Positions 43,356 to 64,000 are shown, counted from the stretch's first letter. The stretch: DNA of 64,000 bases from the human T2T-CHM13v2.0 reference genome, Homo sapiens (GCF_009914755.1 NC_060929.1); one strand, 5' to 3'. A program made the numbers and translations. The notes: generated from the letters alone by a model not told the origin.

Positions 43356-43674
43356 AATATCATGAAAACATACTCTGCAAGATTTTAATCTTCTGAAATT
43401 TATTAAGATGTCATCTTTAGGTAATAATAGAGCAACTGGGACTATGCTTGCCCTCCCTTCATAAATAACTAGAAAAATGAAAAAAAAAAAAAACAATTAT
43501 TTTTCGATACTGGACAACAACCAATAAGGACTCCAATCCCTGAGAGAGGTAAAATCCATGAGATGATACCTTAATCATTTCAGCTTCTTCTTTGAAGATC
43601 CTTGCCATACCTTGGTATAGAAAGAGAAATTACAAGCAAAGCCCAGCAGTTTTGATAAGTAAAGAAGACAGAAA

Positions 43675-43977
<303 letters not shown>

Positions 43978-44064
43978 GAGAGAGAGAGAAAGAGAAAGAA
44001 AGAAGGAAGGAAGGAAGGAAAGAAAGACAGACAGACAGACAGAAAGGAAGAAAGAAAGAAAGAA

Positions 44065-44147
<83 letters not shown>

Positions 44148-44171
44148 AAAGAAAAGAAAAAGAAGAAAAAA
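43978..44171. repeat. Compound purine-rich STR: (GA)n, (GAAG)n, (GACA)n, (GAAA)n
   Basis: Seen directly, extending the Alu tail. Confidence 0.95.
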
Positions 44172-45030
44172 TATATAGATGAAAATTCAGGGAAACCAAT
44201 GTGGCTAGAATTGTTTGTCAAAGTTATAGAGAAAATGGCTACAGAAATCTGTGTGGTGGTCTCCTTGAGAATGTTACAAACTCAAGAAGGTCAACAAATT
44301 TCAGGCATGATACAAATAAAACTATACCAGAAAACTTCATAATCAATTTTCCTAAAACAGGTGAGGAATCAAAAAATTTGAAATTAGCCAGAGGAACAAA
44401 AAGGGACTGCCTGCAGAATAATGAAGATAAGAAAATGACAGGCTTCTTATCAAAAAGTACATAAGCCAGAAGACAACAGAAAAACACTGTAAAATCATGA
44501 AAAGAAAAAAAAAACCTGTCATCTTAGAATTTTAGATCTATCAATAATGTCCTTCAAAAATAAAGGCAAAATAAAATAAGTTTTCAGGAACAAAAGTAGA
44601 AACAATATCTCATATTCTTACCTGTACTATCATGGTAAAGAAAGTTTGTGGAGTCAAGTGAAAATGATACCAGATGAAAACTTTCATCTACATAAATGAC
44701 TGAAGAGCTCCAATATATATATATATTATTTTGTATTTTTAAGTTAAAATATATTTTTAATTAGTTATTTAAGTCAAAAATAATTCTAATGAGTTTGGCA
44801 TTTATATTATTGGTAGAAATATGATATATGACACCAATAGCACAAATGATAGAAAAGGAGAAATGGAAATATATCATTGAAAGATCTTTACATAGTAGTT
44901 ATATTACTGAAAAGTAGAATACGTAGAATATTATTTGGAGGTAGTATAATAATGTAGAGATGCATATTATAAATCCTATAGAAACCTTAAAAGCCATCTT
45001 AAAAGTATGGATAAAAATCCAATGGTGAGG

Positions 45031-50903
<5,873 letters not shown>

Positions 50904-50924
50904 TAAAATATTTATAATTTATTC

Positions 50925-51460
<536 letters not shown>

Positions 51461-52551
51461 TCATAAAAGCTAAAACATCCAGTGGTGAAAATAAATTGTA
51501 ATATGAAAAACTGGCCAATTAATGTGAAGAGAACAGGAAAGAAGAAAAAAAAAAAGATTTTAAAAGAGCAAGATAATGAGTTTAAACCTAACTATATAAT
51601 AATTGCATTATAAGTAAATAATTTGAACTCTCCAATTCCTTGCCACCATGACTGACTGCTTCTCTGTAATTTTACATACTTTCTTATATGATTCCATCTA
51701 CTCTTCTGGGTTAAATCCACTTGCATGATTGTAATACCCAGATTCTGAGTACTATCTCTAAAAGGAAGATTAGGTCATAGTCCTACTTAAAAACTTTATG
51801 TTGTATTAATAAAGAGAGGAAAGTACATTTTATTATACTCTCATGGAACCTCTAATAGCATATCATTGTTTATATTAATACTGCCAGAGCTTAATATACA
51901 ATGAAAATTTCTCAGAAATCAGAGAATAGGTTTTATACGGATTTTCCCTAGGACTTTATATTAGGTGCTCAATAAATACTTGTTGGTTATTTTATCTACT
52001 AGTAAATGTATAAGAATCTCATTGCTGCAACTGGCCAGGTGCAAAAATTACAGACTCACAAGCTTTTTTATTTTGGCCCTCCAATTCTTGTAAAACTAGA
52101 AAGGAAAACAAAACAAAAATCTCTGACCTATAATCATGTCTTCTGGTAGAAGTGAAAATAAGTATATTATGCATGGTTGACTATCACTTTCATAAAATAA
52201 AAATTTATTTAAAAAAGAATTCACTCCTATAAATCTCTTACTTACAATCAGAAAACAAAATCCTTTTAATTATATGTCTATGTCATCAATTCAGGGATAT
52301 GCATGTTCCTTACATTTCACTTAGTTTAATGCACTAGTATTAATTACAATTTAAGATTAACTCATTCTCCACAAAATCAAAGGTCTGAAAGAGAATAATT
52401 TTATTTATTTGCTTCATATTATCAGAAGTATTTACTACTCGAACAGTGAGCAAAATGGTTTACTATAAGGTTGAGGCTATTATTCATTTAGAATTGAGGT
52501 GAAGATACAATACTTTGTAGGCAAAAAAAGCAATTTAGTAAGACTGTTCCA

Positions 52552-52874
<323 letters not shown>

Positions 52875-53239
52875 TCAATAATGTATTTTTATTAAATAAT
52901 GGGGGAAAAAAACACTGTGAATGAAAAGGCATCAATAACCTCGTCCACTATTTTGGTTAAGGGAATTCAAAATGTAATTTTTCCCCAAGATTGCTGTTAA
53001 CATCTGCCATTTATAGTCTTTTAGCATGGTGCTCTATGATTTTTAATGATTTGACTTCAAAAAAACAACAGTTACTCTTTTCTAATCAGAAAAGCAATAC
53101 ATATTTTTGTTACACAATTTGGAAAATGCAAAAACTATTAAGAAGAAAATGAAAATCGCCTGTTATCCTATCACCCTGAGGAGTTTTTGTAGCATTTCAT
53201 GCATATGTATGTGTACTTTGCCACACAAGGATCATGCTG

Positions 53240-53580
53240 CATAGCAGCCAAGAATTCAAATGCCAGGAAGGTGACATCCACGAGTGCAACAGGTCAGGGG
53301 TAATGGTCAGGAGTGCTGCGGAGTGTGGCCAGCTGGAGAACACCTGCCAGGTCTAGGGTCCCAGCCTTCCCAACTCCAGCTGATTGCTGCTCCCAGGTGG
53401 TATGCCATGAATGCTACCCAATATCTAGGATTTTAGAAAGGACCTGAACATACAGTTGTTTAAAAGTAAAATATCCTAACTTTTAAATATTGGAAATGAA
53501 TTTAAATAATTAACACCATGTGTGGCAAACTAAACAAATCTACAGACGAGATTCCACCAAGGAGTTCATCTACCACTTCT
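53240..53580 (+). mobile_element. MER102-like DNA transposon inside an L1ME remnant (~53060-54050, minus strand)
   Basis: 'aattcaaatgcc...actccagctgattgctgc...ttttaaatattggaaatgaatttaaa...gcaaactaaacaaatctacag'. Confidence 0.6.
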
Positions 53581-54999
53581 ACATTTATGCCTTCCTTTCC
53601 TACCTTTTTCACTTCATTTTACCAACTGAGCATTTCCCACATCATTAAACAGTCTTTGTAATTGTAAACAATAACTTTTATGGAAATTCAGGATTATATA
53701 ACAGGCATATGCCATTATTTATACTAACACATCCCTAATATTTGGAGATTATATTGTTTCCTTTCTGTTATTCTTACTAATGCTGTGATGAACATTGTTA
53801 TACACGAACCTTTGTGTAAAACTCTACATCTGTACTATTAACTTCTAACAGGCACATTACTAGTTCAAAATACAGTGACATCTTAGAGGTAAATGTAACT
53901 AAATTGCTTTCAAAATCATTACACAAATTTCTAGTCCCACAGCAATGTTTTTAAGAACACTATACCTCTGGCAGCCTTAATATTATTTTGTATTATATTT
54001 TGTTTTTAATTGTAGAAATTTAACAGATGAAAATGACGTCTTAATGGCACTTTTTAATTTACTTAATAATGTTGGGGATTAGACTTTGAGCTAGGCACAC
54101 TGAGAACATTTTTCTCTCTCCTGGAATTACTATATTTCATAAAACAATAACAACTTATGAGGAAAACAATTACCCAGACAAAACAGTTGTTCATTAATAA
54201 TTACCTTACCATGAACTAAGTGTAAGTCACCTTGCCAGAATGCAGTTTAATATTTATACACATTCCATTTCTTTCATTTATTCAGCTTTGGGGACTGATT
54301 AAACCAAGAAACAGCTAAGGAAAACTACTATGTTTTTGAAGAGTAAATGACAATGCATATTTCAAAGCGTAAATTTCTCTTGCTTTGCAGGGCCAATACA
54401 TTTCAGCAAAATTGGCTATAAAGTGAGTCATGTTTCCCTACAGATTTTTGATATAAAATCAGCAATATGTTGTTTTAGCAAGAAAAAAATGACAAACTTG
54501 AGTAACAAAAATAGCTTCAGTATAAATAAAGATTACCAGGTTGTGGCATGTTATATAGATTCATTTGTTCATTCAACAGATATTTGAGAGCCTACCATGT
54601 TCCAGGCCTCATGTCAGGGACTGTGGATTCAACAGACAGACACTAAGACTATATGTCATACCTTATAGCGCTTTTCTAGCTGCAAGTTCACGCCTCACCG
54701 GAGGGACTTGTGTCTCATGCAATGGGCCAACTTTGGTGTCATTTTGTCCCCAGTTTCCAGGATGAGTTGCCTTCCTCCTATGCTCCAATTGTGACGTATA
54801 ATACAATTAACATGCAACGGTGCAGTTTGCAGGCTGTGTCTGTATGCAGTACATGTCATGTACTCATAGATGAAGAAGTTGATTTCATTAGGCACTCTAT
54901 CATTTTGTAAATTTGATTTGGCTAAATAAATTTTCTTGTAATAAAGAATACTTTATCTTATCTAAGGACTTATTCCTAATGTTCCCATATTCGCCTGTT

Positions 55000-57900
55000 A
55001 GTACAAGACATTATAGATGCTGAGAAGTGAAAATGGTCAAGCTTTTATAGGCCCTGCTTTATGGGGCTTGCATTATATTAGGGGATTCAGACTCCCAAAA
55101 AAGTGAATAAACAAATTAATTAATTACATGTTATCATTTTAAGTGCTCTAAAAAGTAAGCCTACTTTAGGTGGGATAGCCAGAAAAAGCATTCCTGAGAA
55201 TATTAAATGGTATTCAGGTGCCTCACATGTGAAGGCTGGGGGTAATGGTGTTCCAGATGGATTATCAAGTCCAAAGGTGCTGAGGCAGGACAAAAAAAAA
55301 AGAAAAAGACTGCTATACTTTTAAAACAAAGGGCCAGCATAGTTAGAGTACAATGGGAAAGGAGAGAGAGACAAGAAATGCATCAGGAGAGGTACATAGA
55401 GACCAGACTCTTCAGGAACTTATAGCTCATGGTAAGGAATTTAGACTTATTATAGGTGAAATGAAAAGCCACAGTAATAGAAAAAAAGCTGTAAAAGGCA
55501 CACACAAAAATTCGATGGTGTTTGGGGGTAAGGAGTAGCACTAATGATTTCCCGGGACTGAAGTTGTAACAGAGACATAGGACTGACTAAATTTCACCAG
55601 TTGTAGTATAAGAATGGGTATTTTTTAAAGATAAAAGACAAACTATACCCAAGATTAAAAGAAAAGTTAGGCATGTTATGAACGAACAAAAGAACCGTAA
55701 GAGTATGTGAGTAGGTAGCATGTGACTGCACGAGAAAGACTTGCAGAACTTGTTTCCAGGGGAATGGGGGGCAGAGAAGTTTGCCAAGAAGGTGATGCAG
55801 AATATGAGCACTAGAATTGTAAAAGTCTCCACCGTAGGCAATACCTGTACAGGCAATTCTGCTGTGAACATATCCCCTGAGTATACTGAGAGATGTCTCT
55901 ACACATATCAATACATACATGTATATATAATATCTGTTATATACATATATACACACACATATATCTATATCTGTTGATTTACCACATTGCATAGCAACCA
56001 CACTGCAGAAATTTGAGTCAAGTTTGTGTTACTAAAACAAAAACATACCCTTTATACTACAACTACCAGATAATGGAGAAATATGTGTATTCACTCAGCA
56101 ACACAAATATATACCAGGCTCACTGTACAATGATGAACACAAAAAGACTTGGTCCCTTTTTTCATGGGCCTTGTAATCTAATAAGATAGACAACCAAAAA
56201 ATTAGACAAATAAATATAAAATTGCCTGCCATTGTGATAAATGCTTCACGGGAAAGTTACAAGGAGATACTGAGCATATATAACAGTGAGAGCTATACTA
56301 GACTGCAGGCGAGTAATGATTGACTTCCTTGTGTAAGTGACATCCGAGCTGAGAACTGTACAATGTGTAAAAGTAAAATAGGGAAGAGCAAGATTGTTGG
56401 AAAAGATAAGGGGACATGTGTTTCTTATAGCATGAGGAATGATTCTCTGAGAGACAAGAATACCAGAATAAAAAGAATAAAGAGAAAGGGGAAAGAACTG
56501 TGAAGGATGAGGTTGGAAGGATATATAGGGCCTATATTTTTATACATACATGGCAATATCAACTTTTACTGAAATCTTTTTCTGAACTATGTACCATTCT
56601 AAACATTTTACTTGTATTACTCACTTGAGACAAAACCTTATAAAGGAGGCACTATTATTTTCCACAGTTAGCTGATAAGGAAACAGAGCCCACAGAGATA
56701 AAGCTTCAGCTAGGAAATGGTAGAGCCAGGCTTTGAAGCCAGGAAATCTCTTTTCACAGTCAACTCTCTTCATCAGTACTCCATAAGGGCTTCTCCAACT
56801 TAGAAAACTACTGAAGAGTAGTGTCTGTGGGCTGCTGTTTATCACTCAACCTCTCTGTGCTTGTTTCTCCATGATGGACTAAACGCGTACAACAGTCTGA
56901 CTTCTTGTGGGGATTTAAAAAATCAGTATACATAAAGCACTTAAAATAGTGCCTGGCATATAATGAGTAGTATAAGATGCCATTTAACATGTTACCTGTT
57001 GTTGTGGTGGTGGTTGTTTCTGTTGTTTTGGATAATAATATAAAGTTGGATGTGTGTGACTTGGTTTGATTTAAGTTTTCAAACAGTCACTCCAACTACA
57101 TTGAGAAGAGTGGATTGGAGGCAGGCATGCAAGTAAAAAGAGGATCATTTATGAAGACACTCTATTGTCTAGGAATTAGATGGTGGTAGTATGGGCTAGG
57201 GTGGAAGAACTGAATATGAAGAGGATTGAATGGGGTGAATAAATATAAAGTGGTCAGGACTTGTTAAGAATTGGCCGCTAGGGAGGAAGACAGAGTTTGG
57301 GGTGTTGAGGATAGCTATCCAGGCTGGTGTGGTGCTTCTGTCCACTGAGGGTGGGAATAACGGATCGATACAGGTTTGGGGAAAAAGATCCCAAGTTTGA
57401 TTTTGAATCTGCTGAGTTTAAAGACTTTGATATGTCTAAGAAGAGATATATAATTATCAATTTCTATACTGCTTAACTCTAAATAAAGGACACAAAGCTA
57501 CTTACAAGGTACAAATTGATGAGTCCTATGTACCAGAAACTTCAGTGTATGTTTTACATGCCTTATTTCACAACAACCCATGAGTGTTTATTATTCCTCA
57601 CGTTTTTCAGACAAGTGTTCACTTACCCTGGGGCCTCAATAGTCTTACTTCTAGTACTATCAGAAAATTTAGTCACAAACCCAGTGTAAGTTATCAGGCT
57701 AATTCTTGCATATAGCAGTAAACACATGGAGTTTACAGTGTAATGAAAAAGGCAAGCATTAAACAGGTGAATTAAACAGTGATGAGTGCTATGAAAAAAA
57801 GTTGAATGTGTTATAGGAATATGGAGTGGAAGATCTAGGTTCATCAGGCAGAGGAGAAATCAGGGAAGGCTTCCTTGAGGAAGTGACAACCAAGCTGAGA

Positions 57901-58190
57901 CCTGAAAGACAAGAAGCATTTAGACATATGAAAGGGTTGGGTAGGGAGAAAGGAAGAATAATCAAGTAGGGAACATCAGGTTGTGTGAAGATTCAGATTC
58001 CATAGAGGATATGGCAGATCAAGGATCTGAAAGAATGTCAATTTGACAGGAGCAGAATGAAAAAAGTAAAAGCACAAATGTGGCTGAAGAGGTAGGTGGG
58101 GACTGGATTATATCAGACCTTACAGCCACTTGAGGGAGTCTGGACTTTTTCTTAAAGACAATGGGGAAGAAACAGTAAAAGATTTAAGAT
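55000..58190. mobile_element. Cluster of fragmented L2 and MIR remnants
   Basis: L2 motifs ('cagggaaggcttccttgaggaagtgaca...agctgagacctgaaag') and MIR motifs at ~56560-57000; individual boundaries not resolved. Confidence 0.6.
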
Positions 58191-58706
58191 ATTTTAGGAA
58201 ATTTCTCTGCCTAGGGGACATCGCAGCTCCTTCATAGCTCCTTGCTATTTTGAAATAAGCAACTTACTTTTGATAGCCTTATTGGAAGGGAAAAGAGTAG
58301 GAACTACAAACTCCTTGTGGTTCTCTCTCTGTCTTTCCCTTTCTATTTTTGTATCTATCATTTCTCTACATTCTTATTACCTGCATGTTGCCTGCTCTTC
58401 CTTTTGGTTTTATTTTTTAAATGTTGCTATCCAGAGAAACACCTCCAATCTCTGTATGGATTCAGGTCTTTACCCTCTTCCATCCCAATTTCTGTGGTCC
58501 TTTCTCTATTATACCACTAGCAATAAAATTGGGACTCTTTAGTCTGAAAACATGTCTGTTTTCAGTCAAAAGAGAAAAGCCTGTTTGCTTGGTGAATGTC
58601 TTCTTTATTTTAACAAACTTGAGTCTAAACTGGCAAATATGGTTTTAAACATTAGGAAAATGTCGCATGTCATCTTAAATATCTAATGGAAGTCTAAACA
58701 TGGTTA

Positions 58707-58740
58707 ACACACACACATACACACACACACACACACACAC
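58707..58740. repeat. (CA)n microsatellite
   Basis: Seen directly. Confidence 0.95.
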
Positions 58741-60656
58741 TTTATTATTATATGTTGGCCATTCCTAGAATCTCCATAGAGTGTTTGGTCAAAATGTAAT
58801 CAGCCCAGAGCACACCATTCTGGCTGTGACAGGAATTAAGCACGTGTCAGCATAAGCCATGAAACAATATACAATCACAGTTCAGAAATAAGCATTTATG
58901 GTATTGAATACTGTGAATGCAATCCCTCACATTTCTCTTTTCAATTATGAAAAATGCTACAGAAGTATGTTAAAGTAGTAGTGATTGAAATATGTTTTAG
59001 TTCTAGTTATTAACATAATTCTACCCAAGAAAAGTGGGCCTGCGAACCAAGAGCTTCTCCTTATATTTCCTCAAGTAGTAACACTTCTGAGTACCTGTAC
59101 TTCTTTAATTCCCTTTTTGAGAAGAAACGAGACTAACTGTTGACCGTCACTTGGGGTAAGCCAAGAGGTGTTGTCTTCCCACTCTTACTTTACCACCAAG
59201 TCGCACAAACCCACAAAGATGAAACAGATGAAAATAGGGGTACATTTTCAAGGATTCTATGAATATTAATAGATATTAATATGGAAAAATTATTGGAAAA
59301 TTAATATGAAAAATTATTAATATGGGAAAATATTAATATGGAAAATCGGAGTTCTGTGACCGTTGATGGCTTTCATTAACAGATATCTGAGTCACCTAAG
59401 CAGTCTTCAATCCCCTTGCCATGATAATTACTCAGGAGCCAAAAAGAGAGTGGGGGGGGAAGTATTTGATCTGCAGTTTACAGAACCATTCATGTTTATT
59501 AGAACTGACTTAGTGAATATTTTTATAGAATCTTGTATGAGGTTTTTATTTCAGTTACTTTTTTCTGTGTTAGGTGACTGAGTCAGACAAATGGAGGCTT
59601 AGAGCAACACTCTACTTAAACAGAGCTCTGGAGCCTTGACATAATCTGAAAACAGATGCAGGGTTGATCACAGAGGAGGGTCAACTCAGCTGGCAGTTTC
59701 CAGATGCAGAATAAAGGGGACAGATGGGACTCACCCTTCCATTGTCCATCTGACCCTGATGGGATGCTGACAAGAATGTTAATGCAGAAGTCTGTTCAGC
59801 TTCACTGCACCCTAAATTCATACTCATTTATATGAATTCCTATCTTAAGAAACAAAATAAGGCATCAATAGCTAGCATTCTGCCATCAGCCTTGACTGAA
59901 AGATAAGTTCTGCTGTAGTCTAGCCCAAAGAACTGGCCCATGCATGTGGACAGCCAAGGGTAAGTCTTGAAATCTTCCTTCAACCTCCTTCTTAGACCCT
60001 GGTGCCTTCCCAGACACTGGTGTTGGTCTGGGGAAGGTCAATCTCCATTGGAACACAAAGGTTTCATCTTACTCCAGGGTTATTTTTTGCATAAGAAAGC
60101 ATTAAGCCTCTCAGATAATCCTGAACTTTAAACAACCGTGTCCAGTTTCTAGCAAATAGTAAAGGTTCAATAAAACTTATTCCATAATTAAACATCTTTT
60201 GAGAAGTTGTTTCAAAACTACATTTCTTGGACCATCAAGTACCAGCCTTAACTCCCTAGGGGGTCACAAGATGTGCCACCTTTTCAGAATACAGTTGTTA
60301 CCAGCATGGTAGATCAAGTGGCCTTAGTGCCATTGTCTCAGAATAGACAAAAGTCTGAATTATACCAAGTGAGCATATAATCAGGACAGTCATCATTCAT
60401 CATGTTGTCTTGTACCAGGCTGGCCTATCATCCTCTTCTGAGCCTTCAAGTATATTCTCTCGGGTTCACTCACATCCCACTCCATAGAGCCATAAATTTA
60501 TGTCTCATGATACAGACAGTGAGAAAGACAAAGGAAAAGAAAACCTAAATAGGAAAAGCATGCTTTTTTCCCATTAATCTGCTTATACAATCTACCGTGG
60601 TTCATGGATGCTCTACTGTGGGGTCAGGTCTCAGGGACATCACCTGTCTGGAATCA

Positions 60657-60721
60657 GCTAACCGAAACACAGAATGAAGCTAACCAGAACATAAAATGAA
60701 GCTAACCAGAACATAGAATGA
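60657..60721. repeat. 22-bp tandem repeat, 3 copies
   Basis: 'agctaaccagaacatagaatga'-type unit x3. Confidence 0.85.
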
Positions 60722-61404
60722 GAACTTGGAACAAGACCTATTCTCTCAGGAGGGACTGTCCCCAGTCAGGAGTCATTAGGAAGTCCAACACAGAGTATCT
60801 GGCCAGTTGAGTGAGTGGAATGTGGTATCAGAGTAGACATAGGTTTCAGGAAGTCAAGAATGCCAGACTGCATGGAGAAATCTAATAACCTGTGACTGTT
60901 CTGGCCTCTGGACCAGGTTCTGAAGCAAATTTACATTCTTGGGAAGAGATTAGAGGGAAACCAATACAGAGCTCTAATCCTAGAGGGACTAAACTACTAG
61001 ATGGATTTTCAGGACTAAGACTTAGGAACAATCCAGAAACCCAGTAATATAAACTGAGTACAATGAGGCAGCAGAATCCAGAGAGCAAGAAAAAGGCCCA
61101 GTTATCATTAGAGCTAGCCTCAAGCATGAGTTGAATCTAAATCCTAGGAAGGATTAGGCTAGATATGGGTAAATGATTCTTTTCTTAGGTAAAAAATTGG
61201 GGGAAGACATAGCTTGAAGGTGATAGTGTCTCTCACAATAAAGAAAAAAGATATGCAAAGTTTGGAACCAGGCTTGATGGGTAGGGGAAAAGAGAGAGAA
61301 CAATGTTTCTTTTCTTATGCTTTCTTGTTTATGATTTTAAGAGCAAATTAATAAAATACCATGTTTTAAGCTGGGAGCAGACTTCCACAGGAATGCCCTA
61401 ATTT

Positions 61405-61960
61405 AATGCTTCTTAAAGCAAGCTGTGCATCAGACTCGCCTGGGGAGCTGATTAAAAGTGAAGGTGTGCAGGCACCAGACCAGATCTACAATTCAGAATC
61501 CCAAGGGGCCTGGGAATCTGTATTTTCTGTTATTTTATTTTATTTCTTCAACTTTTATTTTAAATTCAGGGGCTACATGTGCAGGTTTATTACTTGGGTA
61601 TATTGTCTGATGCTGAGGTTTGGGGTACAAATTATCTAGTGACCCAAGTAGTAAGCATAGTACCCAGTAGTTAGTTTGTAAACCCTTGCCTCCTCCCTCT
61701 CCCCTCTAGTAATCCCCAGTGTCTACTGTTGTCATCTTTATGTCCATGCGTACTCAGTGTTTAGCTGTCACTTATAAGTGAACATGCAGTGTTTAGCTTT
61801 CTGTTCCTGTTAATTCACTTAGGATGATGGCCTCCAGCTGCATCTATGTTGCTCCAAAGGACATGATCGCATTCTTTTTTTATGGCTGCATAGTAGGAAT
61901 CTGTATTTTTAACAAGATCTCTTGGTGATGCTTACACAAGGCTAAGGTGGGATGCCATTC
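61405..61960. mobile_element. MER5B-like element split by an L1PA fragment
   Basis: 'tgtgcatcagactcgcctggggagctgattaaaa...ggggcctgggaatctgtatttt' resumes as 'taacaagatctcttggtgatgctta'. Confidence 0.7.
61527..61895 (-). mobile_element. Old L1PA (L1PA13-16-like) 3' fragment
   Basis: 'ggctacatgtgcaggtttattacttgggtatattg...gatgctgaggtttgggg'; 14-bp TSD 'ggaatctgtatttt'. Confidence 0.88.
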
Positions 61961-62805
61961 CCTAACATATCAGGAAAAGTTACATACAACTCGTAAGGAA
62001 TAGAAAATTTCCAAAAATTAAAAACATCACCATTGCATGATCCATGTGTCTGCCACACCATAAGGTCTGAAATGGTTAAAATTTACTGGCGTTTCATTCT
62101 ATCTCTGTCTCTAACACACACACTTGTCCTTTAAAGTAAATTTCCCACTTAATCTTTTCTGTACTGATCTGTTAAATATTTGAACTCAATTGTTGAAGTG
62201 ATTATTTGAAATTTGCATCTGGTATTTAAGATCTCCAACTGAATAAATACCATGCTGTTAATCAAACAAATTCATTGTGAAAAGGTAAAAACATGCTCTG
62301 TATTAATTTCAGTAACTATTTCAGGCATTCGCCAACAAATAAATACCCAGTGTAAGTTAATCATCTAATCCAAAGTTCCCAAAAGTTCACAATCAAATAA
62401 ACCAAAACCCCAGCAATGATAGATTCTTGTAATTATCTTTATCACGTTAATGTCTGTGTATAATTACTCACAATATAAGATTATGTGAAAACAGTCAGCT
62501 CTGGGACTGGTTCCCGAAACAACAAATGCTTTATCTTATAAATTAATAACAACAATTAGCACTTTACAGACCTTTTCATCCATTGGTCTCATTGCAAAGG
62601 CGAATTAATTTGATTGTAACATAACTTCCTGGAACAAAAGCATCATCCTTGAGATTAAAAAATGCATTTAAGTCATTGTCATGATGAGAATCCATTTTTT
62701 GGTACAGTTTCTTTAAAAAATGTGTTTTCCAATTATAACCCTATCCCTTAACTGCATTAAAAGGCAAAAAGAAAAATGTCTTTGGAGAAAAAAATATTTC
62801 ATAAT

Positions 62806-63110
62806 TTTATTTCATTTATTATTATTATTTTTGAGACAGGGTCTCACTCTGCTACCCAGGCTGAAGTGCAGGCTCAGCTAACTGCAGCCTGGCAGCCCAG
62901 GTTCAAGCAATCGTCCCACCTCAGCTTTCCAAGTAGCTGAGATTACAGGTGGGCGCCATCAAGTCCAGCTAATTTTTTCTTTTACTTTTAGTAGAGTCAA
63001 GGTTTCACCATGTTGCTCAGGCTGATCTCAAACTCCTGGGCTCAAGCAATCTGCCTGCCTTGGCCTCCTAAAGTGCTGAGATTACAGGCTCACAGCCACC
63101 ACTACTGGCC
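62806..63110 (-). mobile_element. AluJ
   Basis: 'gagacagggtctcactctg', 'aactcctgggctcaagcaatctgcctgcc'. Confidence 0.9.
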
Positions 63111-63778
63111 TATTTTGCAATTTTAAATGTATCTCTGGTGGGAAATAGGACTGTAAGCCAAGCCTCTTCACTATAAGATTAAGGTTCTGTCCACAATACC
63201 ACCCAGAAAATGAGAATGTTGTATGGAATGTTTCAGAGAACACGGAAGCCACAGCTACTGCACATGTCTAGGAACTAATTTCTCTATCCAATTAGTCTTC
63301 ACTCATAATGTCCCTTCTGAGTCCATAAGGAGTTCTCAAAACATCCTCCTCTCCTAAATCTTTCCTGAGTACTAAGAATTAGGCATCAATCTCAGTACTT
63401 GACACATTTCTTACCCTTAAAACCATAGAGGTTGACTTTTATGGATTTATTGAAACCAAAAATAATGTCTATATATCAACCATGCAAGCAAGATGTATGT
63501 TGTTAAACCTGAGGGATTCTTGTTAGAGCAAGGATACTATGCCCATCAGCTAAAGATAAGTCCTCACATGGTGTTCATAAGACTAGCTGGGCTTCCTAAG
63601 TATTCCCTCCTCCATACATGCCACGGTGTGATTCTGTACTCAGTCCCTGACCTCACAGCCAGCCCAGGAACAATTAGAAGTTGGAGGTGCTAGCAAGGGG
63701 ACATATAATCCCTGACTTCAGCAACTCATCAATTTCTTTGTGTGAGTCTATTTTCTTAAAAAAAAAAAAATGAAGAGT

Positions 63779-64000
63779 CACCTGCTCTGTCGCCTGCCAC
63801 CGCTGCTCGGGCCCGAGTGGTTCACTGCACCGTGAAGACAGATTCCAGACACCGGGAACTCACGCCTCCAATCCCAGACGCTATGTCCAGCAAAGGCTCC
63901 ATGGTTCTGGCCTACAGTGGTGGCCTGAACACCTCCTGCATCCTCGTGTGGCTGAAGGAACAAGGCTATGATGTCACTGCCTACCTGGCCAATACTGGCC
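63779..64000 (+). pseudogene. Processed pseudogene of argininosuccinate synthase 1 (ASS1P family), 5' part; ATG at 63883; continues beyond the window
   Basis: Translates [39 protein letters not shown] versus ASS1 [39 protein letters not shown]; spliced 5'UTR attached; no intron after codon 35; preceded by a TT/AAAA L1-endonuclease-like site. Which ASS1P locus cannot be determined here. Confidence 0.95.

Noticed and set aside
55587-56001. 135-aa and overlapping ORFs
   Set aside because: Cross a (TA/CA) low-complexity tract among L2 remnants; no recognisable domain or splice structure.
59575-59587. AP-1-like palindrome 'tgactgagtca'
   Set aside because: A single short motif; not enough to call a regulatory element from sequence alone.
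63778-63963. 61-aa minus-strand ORF
   Set aside because: Antisense shadow of the ASS1 retrocopy.

Overview
Human or closely related primate genomic DNA, AT-rich and dominated by interspersed repeats. An AluYa5 with all five subfamily diagnostics points to human. I see no intact protein-coding gene. The only gene-derived sequence is the 5' end of a processed argininosuccinate synthase 1 (ASS1) pseudogene, which starts at ~63,779 and runs off the window. The rest comprises about 14 Alus, a near-full-length but disabled L1PB (45.0-50.9 kb), several L1 fragments (one 5'-inverted), ERV/MaLR LTRs, DNA-transposon fossils (MER5, MER63, MER3, MER102, MADE1), MIR/L2 and microsatellites. The long ORFs in the track are artefacts of a 36-bp AT-rich VNTR (17.5-19.1 kb) and of simple repeats. 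The most unusual structure is a set of short, locally templated direct and inverted copies joined by TA-rich filler (6.0-12.0 kb, 17.0-20.1 kb, 32.6-34.5 kb), one of which seems to have seeded the VNTR. There is also an 87-bp near-perfect hairpin at 28.2 kb that I cannot assign to a repeat. I found no convincing novel gene system. Repeat subfamily names come from recalled consensus sequences, and identities are by-eye estimates.
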